DNA of 64,000 nucleotides, taken from contig CAIVDS010000056.1 of assembly GCA_903904685.1 (NCBI GenBank), positions 32,280-96,279 on the forward strand, read 5' to 3'. The first letter of the stretch is position 1. The number at the start of each line of letters is the position of its first letter. This document shows positions 38,035 through 46,939 of the stretch, in pieces. Source of the stretch: an uncultured Verrucomicrobiota bacterium (GTDB lineage: Bacteria; Verrucomicrobiota; Verrucomicrobiia; Opitutales; Opitutaceae). The notes under the pieces are model-generated. The model was given only the letters and a program-made list of their open reading frames with translations. It did not search any database and was not told where the DNA came from. The translations under genes and the position numbers were made by a program.

Positions 38035-40371
38035 ATGAAATATCGCGAACGCATCTTGGAACTCCTCCGCCAGTCCAACTACCGGCCCGGCACCGTCCTC
38101 GACCTCTCTCGCGCCCTCGGGCTCAACAAAAAGCAACGCCCGACGCTCGCCCACGAGATCAAGGGCATGCTGGCCAAGGGCGATCTCGCGCTGGTCAAAG
38201 GCGACCGCCTCGCCCTCCCCGGCCGCGCCCCCTCCAACCAAGGCCGCGCCGAAGCAGGCTCGTCCCGCTCCCGCCCAATTTTCTCGCCGAGCCGCAAGGC
38301 CGGTGCCGTCGCCGCGCCCGACACGACCACCGGCCGCATCCAGTTTCGCCAGGGCGGCTCCGCCTTTGTCATTCTCCCGAAGACCGGACACGGACTGGAG
38401 CCCGACGCGATCCAGATTTTCCCGGACGACACCGGCCTCGCCCTGCACGGCGACACCGTCGAGATCGTCGTCAACCCCGGCATCCGCGAGCGGCGCGACG
38501 GTCGCGGCACGGAGCGCACCGGCCGCGTCATGCGCGTCGTCGAGCGCGCCCGCGACACCATCGTCGGCAATTTACAGAAAATCCGCAGCACCTACTACGT
38601 CCGCCCCGACGACCCGCGCATCATCCACGACATCGTCGTGTCCGACCCCGCCTCCGGCAAACTCAAGCCCGCCCCCGTCTCCGGCGACAAGGTCGTCGTG
38701 AAACTCGCTCCGTGGACCCAGCGCAACAAGATGATCGAGGGCGAGATCGTCGAGCGCCTCGGCAAGACCTTCGAGCCGCGCGCCGAACTCGCCGGCATCT
38801 ACCACAAGTTCAACCTCGACCCCACCTTCCCGGTGGAAGTCGAACGCGAGGTCGCCGCCCTCCACGACACCGTGCGCCCGCAGGAAATCGTCGGCCGCCT
38901 CGACTACCGCGAGATCCCGGTGTTCACCATCGACCCCGACGACGCCAAGGACTTCGACGACGCGCTCTCCCTCGAAACCCTCGACAACGGCGACACCCGC
39001 ATCGGCGTCCACATCGCCGACGTCTCCGCCTACGTGAAGACCGGCACCGCCCTCGACAAGGAAGCCCAGCGGCGCGGCAACTCCACCTACCTCGTCGGCA
39101 CGGTCATTCCGATGCTGCCGGAGAAATTGTCCAACGGCCTCTGCTCGCTCGTCGAGGCGCAGGACCGGCTCACCAAGGCCGTCTTCCTTAACTTCGACTC
39201 CAAAGGCCGTCCCAAGGGACACACCTACGCCAACACCGTCATCCGCAGCCGCAAGCGCCTCACCTACAAACAGGCCTACGCGCTCCTCTTCGAAAAAAGC
39301 CTCGATAAGATCCGCGCCCTACCTCTCCCGCCAAAGCACCAGACCGGCTCCACCGGCCGAGCGCTCAGCTCCCTCTCCGACGCCGAGCTCACCGATCTCC
39401 AGACGTGGGTGAAAAAACTCTGGACCATCGCCTATAAACTGCGCCGCGACCGCATGGCCAACGGCAGCCTCGATCTCGACATGCCCGAGACCAAGGTCTT
39501 CGTCGACGCCGAGGGCTACGCCGACCGCCTCGAAAAAATCCTCCACGACGAAAGCCACCAGCTCATCGAGGAGTTCATGCTCGCCGCCAACGAGGCCGTC
39601 GCCCACCTCACGCGTTCGAAGAGCCTGCCCTCGCTCTACCGCGTCCATGACGAGCCCGATCCCGAAAAACTCGCCGAGCTGCGCGAGTTCCTCGCCACGT
39701 TTCAAGTCCACACCGGCGACCTCACCAAGCGCGGGGAAATCGTAAGGCTCCTCCTCACCCTCGAAAAGCATCCGCAGGGTTATACGTTGCGCACCCAGCT
39801 CCTCCGCAGCCTCAAGAAAGCCTGCTATCGAGGAACCGCCGACGGCCACTTCGGCCTCGCGAAGAACGACTACACTCACTTCACCTCGCCCATCCGCCGC
39901 TACTCCGACCTGGTCGTCCATCGCGTGCTGGACCAATACCTGATCAAGTTCGAAGGCTACGCCGCCCCGGCCGGCCATGCCTTCGCCTACACCGCCGCCA
40001 AGATGGTGACCCTCGGCGAACACCTGAGCCTCACCGAAATCAACTCGACCGAGGCCGAACGCGAGAGCGTGAAGATCAAGCTCCTCGAATTCTTCGAGCG
40101 CGAGCTGGCCAAGCAAACCAAGACGATCTTCGCCGCCGTCATCACCGACGTCCGCCCGCACGGTCTTTTTGTCGAGCTGACCGAATCCATGACGTTTGGC
40201 TTCCTGCCGACCAACTCGCTGCCCGAAGATTACTACAACCCAAATTCCGCCGGCACCGCGCTCATCGGCCGTCGCACGAAAAAAACCTTCGAGTTGGGCG
40301 CCAAGATCGAAGTGATCGTGGACAAGGTGGACCGCTTCAAGCGCCTCATCGACTTCCGCCTCGCCGGCTGA
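38035..40371 (+). CDS. rnr: Ribonuclease R (true start 38035; the longer 36373 ORF is an antisense read-through of glgA)
   Basis: FTIDPDDAKDFDDALS, GVHIADVS, LIEEFMLAAN, HFTSPIRRYSDL, C-terminal S1 domain. Confidence 0.95.
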   Translation: MKYRERILELLRQSNYRPGTVLDLSRALGLNKKQRPTLAHEIKGMLAKGDLALVKGDRLALPGRAPSNQGRAEAGSSRSRPIFSPSRKAGAVAAPDTTTGRIQFRQGGSAFVILPKTGHGLEPDAIQIFPDDTGLALHGDTVEIVVNPGIRERRDGRGTERTGRVMRVVERARDTIVGNLQKIRSTYYVRPDDPRIIHDIVVSDPASGKLKPAPVSGDKVVVKLAPWTQRNKMIEGEIVERLGKTFEPRAELAGIYHKFNLDPTFPVEVEREVAALHDTVRPQEIVGRLDYREIPVFTIDPDDAKDFDDALSLETLDNGDTRIGVHIADVSAYVKTGTALDKEAQRRGNSTYLVGTVIPMLPEKLSNGLCSLVEAQDRLTKAVFLNFDSKGRPKGHTYANTVIRSRKRLTYKQAYALLFEKSLDKIRALPLPPKHQTGSTGRALSSLSDAELTDLQTWVKKLWTIAYKLRRDRMANGSLDLDMPETKVFVDAEGYADRLEKILHDESHQLIEEFMLAANEAVAHLTRSKSLPSLYRVHDEPDPEKLAELREFLATFQVHTGDLTKRGEIVRLLLTLEKHPQGYTLRTQLLRSLKKACYRGTADGHFGLAKNDYTHFTSPIRRYSDLVVHRVLDQYLIKFEGYAAPAGHAFAYTAAKMVTLGEHLSLTEINSTEAERESVKIKLLEFFERELAKQTKTIFAAVITDVRPHGLFVELTESMTFGFLPTNSLPEDYYNPNSAGTALIGRRTKKTFELGAKIEVIVDKVDRFKRLIDFRLAG

Positions 40372-40397
40372 TTCGCGACCGGCAGCCGACCGCATTC

Positions 40398-41849
40398 CTA
40401 GGTCTGGGCCGGGCTGCGCGCCTGCAGGATGTGGAAATTGGCCATGGAGATCCCGCTGAGCATCGCGCCGACGATGCCAAGAAATCCCTGGTCGGTGCCG
40501 GCGAGATAAAGATTGGTCAACGCGGTGCGACCGTCGCGGATTTTCACCGGCGAACCGTAGATCGCCCCGCCGGCGTGGCCGGTGAACTTCGTGATGGTGC
40601 GCGGCGTGAACATGTCGGTCGCCACGGTGGCGCGCGTCAGCGCATCGGGCGACGGCAGCGGAGGCAGAAAGCGTTGGGCGCTGCGCTGGATCTCGGCATA
40701 CCACCGCGCCTTGTCGGAGCGGTAAGCCGCTTCCGGTAGATGCGCCCACCGGTCGTAACCGGCGAGACAGGTGCAGCGGAACAGGCCTTCGGGCAGCTCG
40801 CGACCGGCGCCGAAATCGAAGTTGTTGGGCATGCAGATGACGCCGCTGCGGGTATCGACCTGCGCCTCGCTCGCCGCGTAGGTGAACTTCGCCGAGTCGT
40901 TGAAAAACACGATCGTGTCGTCGCCCCAGCCAAGCGCGGCGGGCTGGCGGTCGAGCACGGTGATCGTCTCGCAATAGCTGAGGCGACCCGCAGGATGGAC
41001 GGCGGCGTCCTGACGCCGCTCAGCCTGCATGAGGGCTTCCGTTTCCGACGCGCCGATGGTGCTGATGACGTGCGTGGCGATCACCTCGCTGCCGTCGTCG
41101 AGCAGAAGCGACGACGCCCTGCCCTCGCGGGTGATGATCCTTTGAACGCCGCACTTCATACGGCGCTCGCCGCCGGCCTGACGGTATTTTTCCAACAGGA
41201 CGCGCAGGATCACGCGCACACCGTCGAAGGGGCGGGCAAAGCCTTCGAGGAAGAGCGCCTTGAACATGATGACGAACTGGCCGAACTCCATGTCGCGCTC
41301 CGTCGCGCTGCCGTAATACATCACCGGGCAGAACAGCATGTCCTCCAGCAGCGGATCGGTCACGTGGCGGCGCACGATCATCCGGGCGGACTCCGGTTGC
41401 GCGGCCAGCGAAACGTCGTCGTAGATTTTAACCAACGCGACCAACCGGCGGAATCCATCGATCTGCGCGGGAAATTTGGCGGCGATCTCCGCCTCGAAGA
41501 CGGCGAAATCGTTGGTGAACGTCAGCGAGGTTTCGCCGTGCGGACCGAAGGCGACGCGGGAGCGCTTCTGCTCGCACAAGGCGAACTCGTCGCGGTCGAT
41601 GCGGAGCTGGCGGAGGAGCTTTCCCAGCGGCGAGCCTTTGACGCCGGGCCGCACGAAGTTGGTCATGGCGTGGAGCCCCACGTCATATTTTCGGCCGGCG
41701 ATGCTGTAAAATCCGTTGAGCCCGCCGACCGCGTTGTGCCGCTCGAAAATGCACACCTTCTTGCCGAAATGCGCCAGCCGGATGCCGGCGGCGAGGCCAG
41801 ACATGCCGGCCCCGATGATGGCGACGTCGTAATGGGTGGCGGTGTTCAC
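40398..41849 (-). CDS. FAD-dependent oxidoreductase, phytoene desaturase-like
   Basis: IIGAGMSGLAAG Rossmann motif, ERHNAVGG, C-terminal LYLAGTDQGFLGIVGAMLSG. Confidence 0.88.
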   Translation of the reverse strand: MNTATHYDVAIIGAGMSGLAAGIRLAHFGKKVCIFERHNAVGGLNGFYSIAGRKYDVGLHAMTNFVRPGVKGSPLGKLLRQLRIDRDEFALCEQKRSRVAFGPHGETSLTFTNDFAVFEAEIAAKFPAQIDGFRRLVALVKIYDDVSLAAQPESARMIVRRHVTDPLLEDMLFCPVMYYGSATERDMEFGQFVIMFKALFLEGFARPFDGVRVILRVLLEKYRQAGGERRMKCGVQRIITREGRASSLLLDDGSEVIATHVISTIGASETEALMQAERRQDAAVHPAGRLSYCETITVLDRQPAALGWGDDTIVFFNDSAKFTYAASEAQVDTRSGVICMPNNFDFGAGRELPEGLFRCTCLAGYDRWAHLPEAAYRSDKARWYAEIQRSAQRFLPPLPSPDALTRATVATDMFTPRTITKFTGHAGGAIYGSPVKIRDGRTALTNLYLAGTDQGFLGIVGAMLSGISMANFHILQARSPAQT

Positions 41850-41858
41850 GGAGTGCGC

Positions 41859-41886
41859 AAAAAAGGCCTGACCGAGGTCAGGCCTT
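41859..41886 (-). terminator. Intrinsic terminator between the ACP and the oxidoreductase
   Basis: Perfect 10-bp stem aaggcctgac/gtcaggcctt with 4-nt loop, followed by a U run on the minus strand. Confidence 0.8.
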
Positions 41887-41909
41887 AAAATTGGTGGGTG
41901 ACAGAGCGG

Positions 41910-42167
41910 TTATTTGCCCAACGCGGCGAATTTCGGCGCGAGGTAGGCGGCGCAGCTGTCGAGCGTGGCAAGCTCCATGTAGTCGGCCTCGGGCACCTCG
42001 ATGTTGTGGCGCTTGCGGAGCTCCATCACGATGTCGAGAAAGTCCATCGAATCCAACTGCATCTGATCGCGCAAGCGCACGTCACCCTTGAGATTGGAAA
42101 TGTCTTCGTCCGGCGCGATGTCGGCGATGATTTCGAGGACCAGCTTTTTGGTTTCGTCTTTGGTCAT
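41910..42167 (-). CDS. Acyl carrier protein
   Basis: LDSMDFLDIV phosphopantetheine site; 85 aa, acidic. Confidence 0.95.
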   Translation of the reverse strand: MTKDETKKLVLEIIADIAPDEDISNLKGDVRLRDQMQLDSMDFLDIVMELRKRHNIEVPEADYMELATLDSCAAYLAPKFAALGK

Positions 42168-42188
42168 TTTCGTGGAGTGGGGGGCGAG

Positions 42189-43439
42189 TCAGGGCACAAA
42201 CCGTTTCACAATCAACGTGGAATTTATGCCGAGCATACCAAACGAGTTGTTCAGGATGGCGTCAACCCGGCCGACCTTTTTCGGGGTGTTGAGCACGAGC
42301 CCGGGCAACGCGCACTGCGGATCGAGGTTGTCCACGTTGATGGTGGGATGCACCACGAGGTCGTCGAACGACGGCAGGTTGCCCGCCAGTTCCAGCGCAC
42401 CCGCCGCGCCCATGCAGTGGCCGATGTAGCTCTTGGTATTGTTGATGTAGGTGTCGGGACAACCTTCGCCAAAAACCGCGCGGATCGCCTCGCATTCCTG
42501 AATGTCGCCCATCGGCGTCGCGGTGGCGTGGGTGTTGACGATGTGGATGTCCTTCGGGGCGAGACCGGCGACGCCGAGGGCTTTGCGCACGCACTCGGCC
42601 TGGCGGCCGGGGTTCGGCAGGACATAGTCGCTGGCGTCGCTGTTGACGCAGTAGCCGGCGATCTCGCCGTAGATCTTCGCGCCGCGCGCCACGGCGTCGC
42701 CGAGGCGTTCAAGGGTGTAAAGCGCGCCGCCCTCCGAGATGACGATGCCGTTGCGATCCCGGTCGAAGGGCCGCGAGGCCTTCTTCGGGTCGGCGTGGGT
42801 GGCGAGCGCGTTCTGGGATTTGAAACCCGCGTAAATGCCAAACGTATGGATCGACTCGCTCACGCCGCCGCAGATCGCCATGTCTACCTCGCCGAGGCGC
42901 AGCATCTGCGTCGCGTGGATGAGGCCCATGTTGCCCGCGGCGCAGGCGGCGCCGATCGTGTAGGCCGGCCCCGTGATGCCGAGGTTGAGCGAGACTTCGC
43001 CCGCCGGGTTGTTCGAGACGGTGCGCGGGTTGTGATAGTGCGACCAATACTTCGTGTCGTAGCCGAACTTCGAGATGGCGTAGATTTCGTTTTCCGTCTC
43101 CACGTTGCCGTGCTCGGTCGTGCCGACGTAGATGCCGATGCGGTCCTTGGCAAAGCCTTCGAAGTTCACGCCGCTGTCCGCCACGGCCTCGCGTGCGCAA
43201 TAAATGGAAATGGAGCCGGCGCGCGTGCCCACCCGGAGCTCCTTTTTCTTCTGATACTTGAGCGGATCGTAGTGGCAGACGCCGGCCAGGCATTCGCCCA
43301 TGTAGCGGACATCGATCTTCTCGATCCCCGCCACGCCGTTGAGCAGATTCCGGCGAAATTCGGCCAGCGTGTTGCCGTTGGGCGCGGTCAGACCGACTCC
43401 GGTGATGACGATGCGTGCGGGTTTGAAGGACATGGGCAA
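42189..43439 (-). CDS. Beta-ketoacyl-ACP synthase (FabF-like, Cys-His-His)
   Basis: VITGVG, GAACAAG (Cys), NTHATAT (His), KSYIGHCMGAAG (His), NNSFG. Confidence 0.95.
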   Translation of the reverse strand: MPMSFKPARIVITGVGLTAPNGNTLAEFRRNLLNGVAGIEKIDVRYMGECLAGVCHYDPLKYQKKKELRVGTRAGSISIYCAREAVADSGVNFEGFAKDRIGIYVGTTEHGNVETENEIYAISKFGYDTKYWSHYHNPRTVSNNPAGEVSLNLGITGPAYTIGAACAAGNMGLIHATQMLRLGEVDMAICGGVSESIHTFGIYAGFKSQNALATHADPKKASRPFDRDRNGIVISEGGALYTLERLGDAVARGAKIYGEIAGYCVNSDASDYVLPNPGRQAECVRKALGVAGLAPKDIHIVNTHATATPMGDIQECEAIRAVFGEGCPDTYINNTKSYIGHCMGAAGALELAGNLPSFDDLVVHPTINVDNLDPQCALPGLVLNTPKKVGRVDAILNNSFGMLGINSTLIVKRFVP

Positions 43440-43491
43440 AGGAAATCGCTAGCCAACCACGCCCCAAAAGCAATACAAGGCTGGTTCCATT

Positions 43492-44481
43492 ATGAACGTT
43501 CTTGTTGTTGGAGGCGCCGGCTACATCGGCAGTCACTGTGTTCGTCAGCTTGTCGCGGCGGGCCACAACCCCGTGGTGCTCGACAACCTCGTCTTCGGCC
43601 ACCGCGCCGCCGTCTCCCCGGATATTCCGTTTTACAGCGTGAATCTCGGCAACGAGAGCGAGGTCGGCAAGATCCTGCGCAAGGAAAAGACCGACGTCGT
43701 CATGCACTTCGCCGCCTACGCCTACGTGGGCGAGAGCGTCACCGACCCGCTCAAATACTATTTCAACAACGTCGCCGCCACGCTCCACCTCCTGCGCTGC
43801 ATGATGGGCTCCGGCGTGAAGAAGTTCGTCTTCTCGTCCACCTGCGCGACCTATGGCATCCCCGAAAAGATGCCGCTGGTGGAAACGATGCCGCAGGCGC
43901 CCATCAACCCCTACGGCCAGACCAAGCTCGACGTCGAAAACGCCCTCAAGGCCTTCGCGCGCGCCTACGGCCTGAGCTTCGCCGCCTTCCGCTATTTCAA
44001 CGCCGCCGGCGCGGCCGAGGACGGCACCATCGGCGAGCAGCACAACCCCGAGACGCACCTCATCCCCCTCCTGATCGACGCCGCCGTGGGCCGGCGCGAG
44101 AACGTCAATATCTTCGGCACCGACTACCCCACGCCGGACGGCACCTGCCTGCGCGACTACGTGCATGTGGACGACCTGAGCCGCGCGCACATCGGCGTGT
44201 TCGACAAGCTCGACAAGCCCGGCACCGCGCTCTTCTACAATCTCGGCACCGGCACGCCCACCTCCGTGCTCGAAGTGATCGCCGCCGTGGAGAAGGTCAC
44301 CGGCAGGAAAGTGCCCACCGTGATCGCGCCGCGCCGCGCCGGCGACCCGCCCGCGCTCTACGCCGACTCGTCGAAGGCGATCAACGAACTCGGCTGGCAG
44401 ATCAAATACAAGACCATCGAGCCCATCGTGGCGACCGCCTGGAAGTGGCACTCCGAAAACCCCGACGGGTTTAAGAAGTAA
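43492..44481 (+). CDS. galE: UDP-glucose 4-epimerase
   Basis: GGAGYIGSH, HFAA, FSSTCATYG, YGQTK, FRYFNAAG, RDYVHV. Confidence 0.97.
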   Translation: MNVLVVGGAGYIGSHCVRQLVAAGHNPVVLDNLVFGHRAAVSPDIPFYSVNLGNESEVGKILRKEKTDVVMHFAAYAYVGESVTDPLKYYFNNVAATLHLLRCMMGSGVKKFVFSSTCATYGIPEKMPLVETMPQAPINPYGQTKLDVENALKAFARAYGLSFAAFRYFNAAGAAEDGTIGEQHNPETHLIPLLIDAAVGRRENVNIFGTDYPTPDGTCLRDYVHVDDLSRAHIGVFDKLDKPGTALFYNLGTGTPTSVLEVIAAVEKVTGRKVPTVIAPRRAGDPPALYADSSKAINELGWQIKYKTIEPIVATAWKWHSENPDGFKK

Positions 44482-44494
44482 GTCAGCCTTCCCG

Positions 44495-44529
44495 GCCCGT
44501 TCGCCCCTTCCCCGGCGAACGGGCTTTTT
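44495..44529 (+). terminator. Intrinsic terminator after galE
   Basis: 11-bp stem gcccgttcgcc/ggcgaacgggc followed by ttttt. Confidence 0.85.
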
Positions 44530-44712
44530 CGTGTCCGCCGTCGCCAGTCTCCCCACTCGCATGGCATCGCTTATACGCGAATTCCCCGAACCCAGCGTTG
44601 CACCCGCGCCTTGCGCGCGCCACAAACTCCCCGTCGCCTGTCTTCCAAGACCACCAGCCCCGCCGCCGTCACAAAGTTCATCTTCCTCTGATCGACCATC
44701 GCCTTCCCCATC

Positions 44713-45972
44713 ATGCCTACACCGCTTTCATTCAAAAAGGCCGCCGAGCAGATTCTCGGGAAATCGGATCGTCCGCTTTCGCCAAACGAGATCGTCGAGC
44801 TAGCGCTCGAGGCCGGCATTATAGAAACGGAAGGCGCGACACCCGACGCCACAATGGGGGCTCAGCTCTACGTCGACATCAGTAATAACCCCAAAACACC
44901 CTTCAAGAAAGTCGGCCGTGGTAAATTCACCCTCAACGAGGCCCGCAGCTCGGCTATGTCGGCCGATGTCATCATCGATAATCAAAATCGATCTGTCCGT
45001 GATCAGCTTCTCGCCAAACTCTTGGCGATGGAATCCAGCCAGTTCGAGGTATTGGTTGGTGAGTTACTCAGCAAACTCGGCTACGAGTCGGTGAAGGTTA
45101 CCGGGCGAAGCGGCGACAAAGGCATCGATATTTCTGCAATCTTGACCATGGGCGGTATCACGAGCGTGAAAACCGTCGTTCAGGTCAAACGTTACAAACC
45201 CGACAATAAAATCGGGGGAGACGTCATCGCCCAACTGCGAGGCAGCGCCGAGGTCGATCAGCGAGGACTTGTGATTACTTCCTCCAATTTCACCAAAGCA
45301 GGAATAATCGAAGCAAGCGCGCCTAACAAGATGCCGGTTGCTTTGGTGAACGGCGATAAACTGCTTGATCTTCTCTTCACTAACGAGATTGGCGTGACGA
45401 AAGAGTTGATGCCGGTCTTCGCGCTCGATGCTGACTATTTCGATAACTCCACCACCGATGAGGAAGAAGACGACGGCAAAGGTAAGCGTCGCGGCCTCTG
45501 GCCGCTTCCCGGCGGTATCAATGCCTACGTCGAGACCCTCTATCAAATTCTCGATGCGCTTCACGCCACACCGATGACCAAGTCGGAGCTGTCGCGCTGG
45601 ATCATGGAAACCTTCCCGCAAGTGAAGAGTGAGAAGACAGCGGCAGGCTATGTGAATGTCCCTCGCACCATCGGCACAACCACCCTCGAAGACGGCAAGT
45701 ATGTTCTCACAGACAACGGACAGAAGGTGCAATCCACCCGTAGCTCAGAATTCCTCTACACCGTTCTGGCAGCCAACGTCCTCGGTATCGAAGAGATCAT
45801 GGAGTTGCTCCGGAATGCCCCCGCAGCCCAAACCGAAGCCGACGTCATGGCCTTCCTCAAAGAAAATCTCGGAGTCGAGTGGAGCACGTTTGCCCAAGTC
45901 AATTTCCGCCTCTTGTGGTTGATGAATCTTGGCAAGATCACCCGAACCGAAAACGGTTACACATTGGTGTAG
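44713..45972 (+). CDS. Mrr-type (type IV) restriction endonuclease with N-terminal HARE-HTH and a C-terminal winged-helix-like region
   Basis: HARE-HTH pattern (AAEQIL...LSPNEI...TPDATM...FKKVGRGKFTL); Mrr catalytic FE..V..LL..LGY, GDKGID, QVKRY, GLVITSSNF, NGDKL. Confidence 0.88.
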   Translation: MPTPLSFKKAAEQILGKSDRPLSPNEIVELALEAGIIETEGATPDATMGAQLYVDISNNPKTPFKKVGRGKFTLNEARSSAMSADVIIDNQNRSVRDQLLAKLLAMESSQFEVLVGELLSKLGYESVKVTGRSGDKGIDISAILTMGGITSVKTVVQVKRYKPDNKIGGDVIAQLRGSAEVDQRGLVITSSNFTKAGIIEASAPNKMPVALVNGDKLLDLLFTNEIGVTKELMPVFALDADYFDNSTTDEEEDDGKGKRRGLWPLPGGINAYVETLYQILDALHATPMTKSELSRWIMETFPQVKSEKTAAGYVNVPRTIGTTTLEDGKYVLTDNGQKVQSTRSSEFLYTVLAANVLGIEEIMELLRNAPAAQTEADVMAFLKENLGVEWSTFAQVNFRLLWLMNLGKITRTENGYTLV

Positions 45973-46066
45973 CACTCGATGATGTAAGAACAACTGCCCC
46001 CATGGCCCACCCCATCGCCAAAGCTCTTCCCAAAACACTAACGACCGGCATGCAGCCCGAAGGGGT

Positions 46067-46183
46067 TGCCCAAAGTGTGGCGGCGTCATGGTCGAACGTG
46101 TCGCCAGCAAAGGAGCCAACGTCGGCAACACCTTCGGGGGTTGCACGAGCTACCCAAAATGCAACAGCGTAATGAATACCTAA
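46067..46183 (+). pseudogene. Topoisomerase-type C4 zinc-ribbon fragment, probable gene remnant
   Basis: Reads CPKCGGVMVERVASKGANVGNTFGGCTSYPKCNSVMNT*; no in-frame ATG upstream of the motif; FGGC in place of the usual FWGC. Confidence 0.7.
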
Positions 46184-46187
46184 CCAA

Positions 46188-46748
46188 ATGATAAATACCA
46201 TGCGTGTTAAATGTCTTTGTCTGCTGGTTTTCATTTCCATCGCCATGCCGTTGAGCTTCTCGGGATGCGAAAAGAAGGCAGAGACCCCAAGACCCATATC
46301 CGAAGCGGAGAAGTTTTCGATCACACTACTAAATGCCCGATTTAGTGAACGCGGAGGACGTTGGTTAGCGTTGGAAACCAGAGCGGGAACCCAAAAGCCT
46401 CGCTTGGTGGAACTCAATAAACCCACGATGAGCTTCGAGGCTCGCAGCTTCTCGGAAACCGACCGCATGAACGGCGTGAGCGAACGATATACCTTTTGCA
46501 TCTTCTGCGAGCAATACCGCTACTGGGATGGCACTTGGTCTGAGTGGCAGCAGGGAACTGGAGGTGGAGGCACTGTAGCCTTGGTGCATGTTATGACAGG
46601 CGGCCTGCTTGGTTTTCAGTATTTTGAAATCGAAAAGAAAAACGGCGTTTGGAACGTCAAATTTACCAAACCACCTGCTCTCAGCGAGAATCGCAGCATG
46701 CGTGAGCAAACTATAGCCGCAGCCTTCGCAGTTCCCCGTCCGAATTGA
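46188..46748 (+). CDS. Hypothetical lipoprotein
   Basis: Hydrophobic leader ending in lipobox-like FSGC; soluble aromatic-rich mature domain. Confidence 0.65.
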   Translation: MINTMRVKCLCLLVFISIAMPLSFSGCEKKAETPRPISEAEKFSITLLNARFSERGGRWLALETRAGTQKPRLVELNKPTMSFEARSFSETDRMNGVSERYTFCIFCEQYRYWDGTWSEWQQGTGGGGTVALVHVMTGGLLGFQYFEIEKKNGVWNVKFTKPPALSENRSMREQTIAAAFAVPRPN

Positions 46749-46939
46749 AGTCTTCTTCGTCCAGACTTGGCTGGCTCGGCTCCGCACCGGGTAACACGGG
46801 GGGAGTCCGGGCATGCAAAACAGGGCAACCCTCGATTTTTCCACCAGAACCGGTTGTCGGATCATTGTCTTGCGGCTTATTTTTACACGCTGACTGTGGG
46901 TTTTCCCGTGTTTTTGACCGATTTTGGCGTGTTTTCGGG

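Noticed and set aside
36373-40371. 1332-aa ORF that could be read as a giant RNase R fusion
   Set aside because: The first about 550 codons are the antisense strand of glgA; RNase R-like sequence begins at the ATG at 38035
40398-41849. Carotenoid biosynthesis gene crtI
   Set aside because: No crtB/crtE/crtY in the window; neighbours are KS and ACP
41898-44625. Long ORFs (858 aa plus strand, 638 aa minus strand) over the KS cluster and galE
   Set aside because: Shadow frames of GC-rich genes, with Arg/Gly/Ala-biased translations and no motifs. The same applies to 88..1206, 22820..24361, 29090..30469, 30551..32035, 33992..35467 and 48432..50057
44531-44712. Short ORFs between galE and the nuclease
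   Set aside because: Pro/Ser-rich translations with no motif; treated as intergenic or decayed sequence
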